The notes beneath the pieces are model-generated. The model saw only the letters and a list, made by a program, of their open reading frames with translations. It was not told where the DNA came from and searched no databases. A program made the position numbers and the translations under genes. DNA of 64,000 nt. Origin: an uncultured bacterium. Its GTDB lineage: Bacteria > Oederibacteriota > JAAXVQ01 > JAUVAV01. Shown one piece after another: positions 56,764-64,000 of this stretch; within the stretch, counting starts at the first letter, position 1, and each line of letters opens with the position of its first letter. The stretch lies in NCBI GenBank assembly GCA_963710755.1, contig CAVQBK010000003.1, forward strand, positions 480,001-544,000, written 5' to 3'.

Positions 56764-57483
56764 ATGACGGAATCAGGACGGAATCATTGGCATCGGGTGC
56801 TGACCGTGGCGGACATGATCCAGCCGGCGGAGTACCTTATTCTTACCCTTCCCGATGAGCAACTGCCCATGAAATTTCATCCCCAGGTTATAAGCATTGA
56901 CGGCGACCAACTGGGCCTCAAGCTTCCTTTTCGCTGGTGGCAGTTTTTTGAGTTCACACCGGGGATGACCGTACGGCTGAGCTTGCTCCACCCGGACGGC
57001 GTGTTTTTTATTACGGGACTAATAAAACAAGTCAATTTCAACAAACAGCCCAATTTGTTGGTAGCTCATGACAATGCCATCAAGCGCGATCAGCGCCGCT
57101 TTTTTTACCGGGTCAATGTGGATCAGGAAATCGTGATCAAAGAGTTGGTTTTTCCTGAAGGTCAGCGGATTATGAATTGCCCCGCCCGGATCAGCGATAT
57201 CAGCGCCGGTGGCCTGGGGTTGACGGTGGAAATCTTTCTGCCGCCAGGAACGGTGCTGACCCTTAAAGATTTGCTGGTACTTTTATTGGAAGAACCAATG
57301 CCCCGGGAGGACTGCCAGTTGCAGGTGGTCTGGTGCCGAAAAAGCAAGCGCCAAACCTACCGTATCGGCGCCTGCTTCAACTATGCCGATGTCAGGGCTC
57401 AGGACGAGATGGTGAAGATGATCAACCAGGTGCAGCGCCTTAAATTAATTAAATATCCGCAAGTACGCGGGGCCAGAAAATGA
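56764..57483 (+). CDS. PilZ/YcgR-like c-di-GMP flagellar brake
   Basis: QRRFFYR (RxxxR) and DISAGG (DxSxxG) motifs after an N-terminal beta-rich domain. Confidence 0.88.
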   Translation: MTESGRNHWHRVLTVADMIQPAEYLILTLPDEQLPMKFHPQVISIDGDQLGLKLPFRWWQFFEFTPGMTVRLSLLHPDGVFFITGLIKQVNFNKQPNLLVAHDNAIKRDQRRFFYRVNVDQEIVIKELVFPEGQRIMNCPARISDISAGGLGLTVEIFLPPGTVLTLKDLLVLLLEEPMPREDCQLQVVWCRKSKRQTYRIGACFNYADVRAQDEMVKMINQVQRLKLIKYPQVRGARK

Positions 57484-57498
57484 CATTTCACCAAAACT

Positions 57499-57525
57499 TA
57501 ACTTCATTATTGCTGGCGCCGATAC
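57499..57525 (+). promoter_or_regulatory. Putative sigma28 promoter for HDOD-kinase pair 2
   Basis: TAAC-N15-GCCGATAC. Confidence 0.68.
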
Positions 57526-57576
57526 TTTTACAGCACAGGATAAACACGCCATTCCCACAAGTAAGTGAGGTAGCTC

Positions 57577-58431
57577 ATGCCGTCGGCCAAAATAGATCTT
57601 GAGGCGTTAAATCAAAGACTGCAACATGTATTCCCTATGCCTCAAATACTCTCCAAAATTATGAAAACCATCAATGACCCCAATGCCAGCGCCGCCTCCA
57701 TTGAGCAAGTGTTTAAATATGAACCGAGTTTTACCCTGAAAATTCTGAGCCTGGCCAACTCGGCCTATTATGGCTCTCCCGGCAAGATTACCAACATCCG
57801 GACCGCCATTACATTGCTGGGATTCAATCTGATCAAGAGCATTGCCATTCATGCCAGTGTGAATGAACTTTTTCATACCGGCGCCGGAACCAGCCTCTTT
57901 TCCGGCGTGGATTTATGGAAACATTCGGTGGGCGTGGCGGTCTGCGCCAAGATGATCGCCCGGCGCTGTCATTTGGGTAATGCTGAAGATTTTTTTACGC
58001 TGGGCATTCTCCACGATGTGGGTCTGATCATTGAATATCAGTTTTACCGCAATGAGTTTATCGCTATTCTAAAACATCTGCAGGAAGAACAGCGGCGGCT
58101 GGTGGAAGTGGAAGAAGAAGTGCTGGGGGTGAATCATACGGCGCTCACCAAAATGCTCTGTGATAAATGGTACATGCCTGAAAGCATGAGCATTGGGTTG
58201 GCCTACCATCATCATCCTCTGGAGGCACCCGAGCATTTGCAGGTTTATGCCACGGCGATCTATGTTTCCAATATTCTGGTGCATGAGAAGCAGTTTGGCT
58301 TTACCTATCCCGGCAGCGAGAAAATGGATCCGCCTGTGCTGGAGGTACTGGGTATGAACATGGTGGACTATTCGGTATTGCTGGAAGATTTTGATCAGGA
58401 AATCAATGAACTGTCGATTCTGCTGGATTGA
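57577..58431 (+). CDS. Stand-alone HDOD domain protein
   Basis: KILSLANSAYYG, WKHS, GILHDVG, W.MP..YHH. Confidence 0.9.
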   Translation: MPSAKIDLEALNQRLQHVFPMPQILSKIMKTINDPNASAASIEQVFKYEPSFTLKILSLANSAYYGSPGKITNIRTAITLLGFNLIKSIAIHASVNELFHTGAGTSLFSGVDLWKHSVGVAVCAKMIARRCHLGNAEDFFTLGILHDVGLIIEYQFYRNEFIAILKHLQEEQRRLVEVEEEVLGVNHTALTKMLCDKWYMPESMSIGLAYHHHPLEAPEHLQVYATAIYVSNILVHEKQFGFTYPGSEKMDPPVLEVLGMNMVDYSVLLEDFDQEINELSILLD

Positions 58432-58469
58432 AGCATGAGCCGGCATTATCGGGCAACGAAGGATAAGGG

Positions 58470-59495
58470 ATGATGGATAAACCCAAGGACCAATCAGTGC
58501 TCTATTTATCCAAAGAAGAAGAAGACGTCCTGGTAGCCCAGGCTGGACCGGAAATGCAGGCGGTGATTCACAAATATAAGTCCCGGGTACGTCAGCTGCG
58601 CAAGGAGATCGAAGCCCGCAAGGAAGAAAACGCTCAGATCATCAATGAGAATCTGCAGCAGAACGAGGAATTGCGCAGCATTAACCTGGTATTGGACAAA
58701 AAAATCCAGGACCGTACGGCGGATCTTGAGGCCTCCAAGTTGCAACTGGAAGCACAGAATCAGACCCTCCAGGAAGTCAATGAAACCAAGGAAGCCATGA
58801 TGCACATGATCGTGCATGACATGAAAAATCCGTTGACATCGGTCATGGGCGCCTTGATCCTGGTGCAAAAAATCAAATCCAACCTGCCCCCGGAAATGGT
58901 GGGGTTGTTGAAAGACGCACACGTGCAGTCCATTAAATTAAGAACCATGATGGATGATATCCTAACCATCAGTAAAATGAAATCCAATGAGTTTCAAGTG
59001 GAATTGATGGACGTGGATTTAATCAGCCTGGTGCAGCAGAGTGTGCTGTTGATGAATACGGTTAAAGGCGAAAAAAACGTGACCATTGAATTTCTATCGC
59101 CGCTGCAAGAGTTGGTGGTGACCATGGACTTTCAGATGGTCGAGCGGGTGATCAATAATATCATCAACAATGCTATTAAATACGCGCCTGCCGGCAGTGT
59201 CATTAAATTGAATGTCAGCCGGCAAGAAACCCACGCCTTAGTGACTATTAGCGATATGGGTGAAGGTATTCCGCCCTCCCATCACGAGAAGATATTTGAA
59301 ATGTTCACTCGGGTCAAGCCGCAAGACAAAAAAATCAGTGGCACGGGCCTGGGCTTGGCATTTTGTAAATTGGCCATTGAAGCCCATCATGGCAAAATCT
59401 GGGTAAAATCTCCTGTTGAGGGGCAGACTTGCGGCACCACGTTTCATTTTACCCTGCCGCTTTCAGCTGCCACATCCTCCACCGAAGCCAATTAG
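58470..59495 (+). CDS. Cytoplasmic histidine kinase with coiled-coil N-terminus and no obvious sensor domain
   Basis: VHDMKNPL, NNAIKY, DMGEG, GTGLGL. Confidence 0.92.
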   Translation: MMDKPKDQSVLYLSKEEEDVLVAQAGPEMQAVIHKYKSRVRQLRKEIEARKEENAQIINENLQQNEELRSINLVLDKKIQDRTADLEASKLQLEAQNQTLQEVNETKEAMMHMIVHDMKNPLTSVMGALILVQKIKSNLPPEMVGLLKDAHVQSIKLRTMMDDILTISKMKSNEFQVELMDVDLISLVQQSVLLMNTVKGEKNVTIEFLSPLQELVVTMDFQMVERVINNIINNAIKYAPAGSVIKLNVSRQETHALVTISDMGEGIPPSHHEKIFEMFTRVKPQDKKISGTGLGLAFCKLAIEAHHGKIWVKSPVEGQTCGTTFHFTLPLSAATSSTEAN

Positions 59496-59573
59496 CACTT
59501 TTAAAACCCGGGAACTGATCTTATAATACTGCTTTAGCCTCGTTGCCCGGATTCCACTCCAAAGGACACGCGT

Positions 59574-61046
59574 ATGCCCGTTGCCTGCCGCCACTTCATT
59601 GTCGGATTGGGCGCGCTGCTGGTACTTGCCGGTTGTGCGCTGCTGCCGCCTCAACCGGGACCTCCGGAGGTCACGCGGGCGCAATGGCCTCTGGCCCATT
59701 GCACGGAAGCCATGGATCGACCGGGGTTTTGGCTGGACAAACTGGATCAGCCGGAAGCGGTGCTATTAGCCCCCCAGGCCATTGCCCGTCTTAATCAACA
59801 AACCCGGCAGCGCGGACTGCTGACCGATGTATTCTCCGATCGTTTATGGGATTATAAAAATGAGGAAGTCGACCGTCCCGAAGAAGTCAACCCTGACGGT
59901 GAATGGGATATTGAAAAACCCATGCTTTACAGTCCCGGTGTGGTGGATGGCTACCGGCTATACACCTATTTGAAAGATGAAACGGAACGTATTAAAAGCC
60001 GTCCCCGCTGGGATGCACAAGGCGCCCCCATGAAGGCAAGTGTTTTCAAAGCCTGGGATGACAATCTCAACCTGGGCCAACTCAAGGAGAATAATCCCCT
60101 TGGTTATGGTCTGACCTTGCGGCGTTCCAATGTGCGCTATTATCCCACGGACCAGGTGGTGGCGGGCCGCCGCTGGGATCATGATTTCGACATTGTCCAG
60201 GTCTCTTCAGTGCGGGCTTTTCAGCCATTGGTGATTTTGCATCACAGCCGGGATCAACGCTGGTATTTCGTGGTGTCCCCTTTCTGCCGCGGCTGGATCA
60301 AAGCCAAGGATATGGCGGCCTATTGCAATCCCAAAACCATTGCCGATTTCATTACGGCGGAACGAAAGCTGGTGGTAACCGGGCATAAGGTCACGGCTTG
60401 GCGGGAACTAGGTAATACGCGTACAGCGGAAGCCTTTTATATGGGCACGGTCTGCCGTCTTCTGGATAAAAATGAAACCGGTTATACCATTGCTTTGCCT
60501 AAACGCAATGACCGTGGCGGTTTGAATCTGGAAAAAGCCTTCATTGCCAGGGGGGAAGATGTGTACGAAGACTTCCTGCCCTACAGTCGAGCACAGATTA
60601 TCCGGCAGGCCTTTAAATTGCTGCACCACCCTTATTCTTGGGGAGGTCAGCGGGAGTACCGCGACTGCTCACAAATGGTCATGGATGTATTTGCCAGCAT
60701 GGGGATATTTTTACCACGTAACTCGTCGGCGCAGGCCCGGGTGGGCAGCAGCCATAAGGCCTGCGGCCGTGAGCTGGACCAGGAACAAAAAATTGCGGCT
60801 TTGCAAGCCCTCAACGGCCCGGCCTTATTGCAGTTTCCCGGGCATATCATGCTCTTTTTAGGCATGCATGAGGGCCGGCCTTATGCCATCCACGATATTT
60901 GGTCCTACCGGGTATTTAAAGCACCCGGCGTGGATGACAAGGTTGTCATCGGACAGGTGGTGGTCTCCGATCTCAGTCTGGGTGAGGGCAGCAACCGTGG
61001 GTCCTTGTTGGAAAGACTGACCACCATTAACAGGATAAGGCCTTAA
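59574..61046 (+). CDS. NlpC/P60 peptidoglycan endopeptidase lipoprotein with SH3-like domains
   Basis: Lipobox LVLAGC; PYSWGG..DCS, PGH, IHD catalytic pattern. Confidence 0.88.
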   Translation: MPVACRHFIVGLGALLVLAGCALLPPQPGPPEVTRAQWPLAHCTEAMDRPGFWLDKLDQPEAVLLAPQAIARLNQQTRQRGLLTDVFSDRLWDYKNEEVDRPEEVNPDGEWDIEKPMLYSPGVVDGYRLYTYLKDETERIKSRPRWDAQGAPMKASVFKAWDDNLNLGQLKENNPLGYGLTLRRSNVRYYPTDQVVAGRRWDHDFDIVQVSSVRAFQPLVILHHSRDQRWYFVVSPFCRGWIKAKDMAAYCNPKTIADFITAERKLVVTGHKVTAWRELGNTRTAEAFYMGTVCRLLDKNETGYTIALPKRNDRGGLNLEKAFIARGEDVYEDFLPYSRAQIIRQAFKLLHHPYSWGGQREYRDCSQMVMDVFASMGIFLPRNSSAQARVGSSHKACGRELDQEQKIAALQALNGPALLQFPGHIMLFLGMHEGRPYAIHDIWSYRVFKAPGVDDKVVIGQVVVSDLSLGEGSNRGSLLERLTTINRIRP

Positions 61047-61048
61047 GT

Positions 61049-62386
61049 ATGCACCTGGTAAAGTGGGGTAAGGTTTGGCGAAGAGGCGGACTGCTGCTGG
61101 CAGGGCTACTAATCCTGGGCGCCTCGGCGCCCAGGATTAAGCCAGGCCCGAATCACCTGCCCCATGTCACCGCAGCCATGCAAACCCCTGAGTTTTGGCT
61201 GAACCGTCTGGACCATGAGGACGAGATCTTTTTAACACCCCGCCAGTATCGGCATTCCTGGCAACGCTGGGTCAAGCAGGGGTTGCTGATGGATCTGCGC
61301 GCTCTGCCGTCACGGTTACCCACCCATCAACTGCGCCGCTGGCTCAGCGAGGATTTCAGTTACCTTAAACGGGCGGGCCGCTACTACGGTTCTGAGGGCC
61401 GGTCCATGACCACGGAGGATTATAAAAAAATTATTAACCAGGTGAACCTGGAAGGGCTTAAGGGGTCTAGTTTAGATGTTTTTTGGGGATTGACAGTCCA
61501 TGATGCATCCCTCATGTTGTTTCCTACGGATTTAGTGATAACAGCCAAACCCAAAGATGTAGAATTTAATCTTGCCGCCCATTCCAGGCTGCTGCTGGCC
61601 TCGCCGGTAGCTGTGGTGCACACCAGCAGGGATGGACAATGGGTTTATGTTATTTCAGCTATTGGCCGAGGGTGGCTGCGGACAACCGCGGTGGCGGTTA
61701 CCGGCCGGCGCGATCAGGTGTTGGATTATGGTCAAAAAGCCCCGAAGGTCCTGGTGGATGCGCAAAGTAAGGTGATGGTGCAGGGGCAGGCGATTATCAC
61801 CACCATGGGTTGTTGGCTGGCCCAGGATCATGAGCAGGTGCTGGTCCCTGTTCGGACCAGCGAAGGCCGTTTGGACTGGGCACAGGCCGACCTGGTAGAA
61901 CCTCAAAAATGGACCGATCGCTTTTTGCCGGCCAGTCCCCATACCTTGATTACCCAAGCCTTTAAATTATTGGGCCAACCCTATGGGTGGGGCGGGCAGG
62001 AAGGCCTGGGGGATTGTTCCGAATTCGTCAGACGTCTGGGGCTGACTTGCGGCATGATCTGGCCGAGAAGCACTACGGGCCTGCGTCAGGGTTTTTCCGC
62101 CCGGCCGGTGCACCAGCCGCAAGCCCCAAAAGAAGGGCAGAGCCTGTTGTTTCTTCCCGGGCATGTGATGCTGGTGTTGGGCATTGATCAAAGACGGGTT
62201 TTTGTCATTCATAATCTTTACGGTATTTATGGACAGGATAAAGAAGGCCCCTTTATTGCCCGTGTGGGCAAGGTGGTGGTGTCGGACTTAAGCTTAGGCC
62301 GTGGCAGCCGCAAAGGCTCCCTGGCCCAGCGTCTCGACGCTCAGGCGGAACTTGGACCTGCAAGCGATCAGTCCCGGGGCTTCTAA
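61049..62386 (+). CDS. Second NlpC/P60 SH3-domain endopeptidase (paralog)
   Basis: PYGWGG..DCS, PGHVML, IHN; N-terminal hydrophobic segment. Confidence 0.85.
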   Translation: MHLVKWGKVWRRGGLLLAGLLILGASAPRIKPGPNHLPHVTAAMQTPEFWLNRLDHEDEIFLTPRQYRHSWQRWVKQGLLMDLRALPSRLPTHQLRRWLSEDFSYLKRAGRYYGSEGRSMTTEDYKKIINQVNLEGLKGSSLDVFWGLTVHDASLMLFPTDLVITAKPKDVEFNLAAHSRLLLASPVAVVHTSRDGQWVYVISAIGRGWLRTTAVAVTGRRDQVLDYGQKAPKVLVDAQSKVMVQGQAIITTMGCWLAQDHEQVLVPVRTSEGRLDWAQADLVEPQKWTDRFLPASPHTLITQAFKLLGQPYGWGGQEGLGDCSEFVRRLGLTCGMIWPRSTTGLRQGFSARPVHQPQAPKEGQSLLFLPGHVMLVLGIDQRRVFVIHNLYGIYGQDKEGPFIARVGKVVVSDLSLGRGSRKGSLAQRLDAQAELGPASDQSRGF

Positions 62387-62487
62387 TAAGGGTTACTATT
62401 GGCAGGCTCGAAGAATCCATCGATAAAATACAACGACCATAAAAACAGGCTTGGCAAAAGCTAATTATACCGGATATTCCGCTGGAG

Positions 62488-63483
62488 GTGGAAATGGACA
62501 AAGACATCAAGGCCCTGAATGAAAAGGTTAAAAAAGAGAGCGTGTTCGTGGAGGCATTGCGTCAGGAGATCGGCCGCGTGATTGTGGGCCAGCGAGAGTT
62601 AGTTGACGGTCTGTTGATCGGGCTGTTGGCGGACGGTCATGTGCTGCTGGAAGGTGTTCCCGGGCTGGCCAAAACCTTGACCATCAAAACCTTATCCGAT
62701 TGCTTAGAAGCCGATTTTCAACGGCTCCAATTCACACCCGATCTGCTGCCGGCGGATTTAATTGGCACCCTCATTTATAACCCCAAAGGCGAAGGCTTTA
62801 TGGTTAAAAAAGGTCCGCTCTTTTCCAACCTGATTCTGGCCGATGAAATCAACCGGGCTCCCGCCAAAGTTCAAAGCGCGCTCCTGGAAGCCATGCAGGA
62901 GCGGCAGGTCACCATTGGTGATACCACCTATCCGCTGGAGGCACCTTTTCTGGTGCTGGCCACCCAAAATCCCATTGAACAGCAGGGCACCTATCCCCTG
63001 CCGGAAGCCCAAGTGGACCGGTTTTTACTGAAGGTTAAGATCGGTTATCCCAGCAAAGAAGAAGAAAAAGAAATTTTAAGACGCATGACCAACGGCGCCG
63101 TGCCTACCGCTAAAAAAGTGGTGACGATCAAAGAAATTCTTAAAGCCAGAAAATTGATTGAGCAAATTTACGTTGATGAAAAAATGGAAAACTATATCGT
63201 GGATCTGGTCTTCGCCTCCCGTGACCCGGAAGCTGCCGGGCTGAAGGATCTCAAAGACCTTATTGCCTATGGAGCCTCCCCCAGGGCCACAATCAGCCTG
63301 ACCACCGCCGCCAAAGCCTACGCTTTTCTGGCTGGCCGCGGATTTATTACCCCGGAGGATGTGAAGTCCGTGGGCCTCGATGTACTCCGCCATCGTATCA
63401 TCATTACCTACGAAGCGGAGGCAGAACAAATGACCTCGGAGGCTATTGTCAAAATGATTTTTGACGGCGTGGAAGTGCCCTAG
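62488..63483 (+). CDS. moxR: MoxR family AAA+ ATPase
   Basis: GHVLLEGVPGLAKT, QFTPDLLPAD, DEINR, ATQNPIE, GASPR. Confidence 0.95.
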   Translation: MEMDKDIKALNEKVKKESVFVEALRQEIGRVIVGQRELVDGLLIGLLADGHVLLEGVPGLAKTLTIKTLSDCLEADFQRLQFTPDLLPADLIGTLIYNPKGEGFMVKKGPLFSNLILADEINRAPAKVQSALLEAMQERQVTIGDTTYPLEAPFLVLATQNPIEQQGTYPLPEAQVDRFLLKVKIGYPSKEEEKEILRRMTNGAVPTAKKVVTIKEILKARKLIEQIYVDEKMENYIVDLVFASRDPEAAGLKDLKDLIAYGASPRATISLTTAAKAYAFLAGRGFITPEDVKSVGLDVLRHRIIITYEAEAEQMTSEAIVKMIFDGVEVP

Positions 63484-63570
63484 AAACCGGAGCGATGGGT
63501 TGCCCGAGGTCCAGAGTAATCGATAATCGAAAATAAACAAGCAAGTTTAAATGCCTTGAAAGGGTGAAGC

Positions 63571-64000
63571 ATGTTACCCAAAGAGATCATTGCCAAAATC
63601 AGACGTTTGGAGATTCGTACCGGCCGTTTGGTCAATGAATTGTTTGCCGGCCAATACGAGAGCGTGTTTAAGGGCCGGGGCATGGAGTTTGATGAAGTGC
63701 GTGAATATTTTCCCGGTGATGATATCCGCAGCATTGACTGGAATGTGACTGCCCGCACCGGCCATCCGCATATCAAAAAATTTGTGGAAGAGCGGGAACT
63801 GAACATGATGCTACTCGTTGATTGTTCGGCCTCCCAGCGCTTTGGCACGGTCTCCCAGAGCAAGGCCGAGATGGTCGCCGAACTGGCCGGCGTGCTGGCC
63901 TATGCGGCCATCAAAAACAATGACCGCATCGGTGCTATCTTATTTACCGATCAAGTGGAAACCTTTGTGCCCCCGTCCAAGGGGAGCATGCATCTATCGC
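63571..64000 (+). CDS. DUF58 (vWA-like) protein, truncated at window end
   Basis: Read from the sequence: MLPKEII..GQYESVFKGRGMEFDEVREYFPGDDIRSIDWNVTAR; typical moxR partner. Confidence 0.9.
   Translation, partial: MLPKEIIAKIRRLEIRTGRLVNELFAGQYESVFKGRGMEFDEVREYFPGDDIRSIDWNVTARTGHPHIKKFVEERELNMMLLVDCSASQRFGTVSQSKAEMVAELAGVLAYAAIKNNDRIGAILFTDQVETFVPPSKGSMHLS

Noticed and set aside
1-64000. CRISPR arrays, tRNA/rRNA genes, transposases, prophage or defence genes
   Set aside because: No regularly spaced short repeats, structural RNA signatures or matching protein motifs were seen by eye

Overview
Bacterial chromosomal window dominated by one large flagellar locus. Left to right: the 3' part of a P-type cation ATPase; a six-gene methyltransferase/glycosyltransferase island upstream of a short flagellin; a 70-aa ORF resembling only the flagellin C-terminus; a baeRF-like gene; a HEAT-repeat gene; two DUF2378/TIGR02265-like genes sharing an apparently identical 490-bp block; fliD-fliS; an HDOD + GAF histidine kinase pair; a sigma54-type operon (FlgN-like ORF, flgBC, fliEFG, in-frame fliH-fliI fusion, fliJK, flgDE, flbD, motAB); a second DUF2378-like pair; a 2871-aa multidomain protein; a second sigma54-type operon (fliLMNOPQR, MITE, flhBA, NtrC-family activator, fliA, PilZ/YcgR-like gene); a second HDOD + kinase pair; two NlpC/P60 peptidases; moxR and a partial DUF58 gene. 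Main oddities: the FliH-FliI fusion; FliM/FliN lacking the CheY-binding peptide while sigma28-like promoters precede the HDOD-kinase and DUF2378 modules; a shared inverted repeat at the same 140-bp offset from both sigma54 promoters; the mini-flagellin; and the giant protein with TIKI/ChaN-like, CPBP-like, GH13-like and repeat segments. All family assignments come from recognising motifs by eye; no database searches were run.
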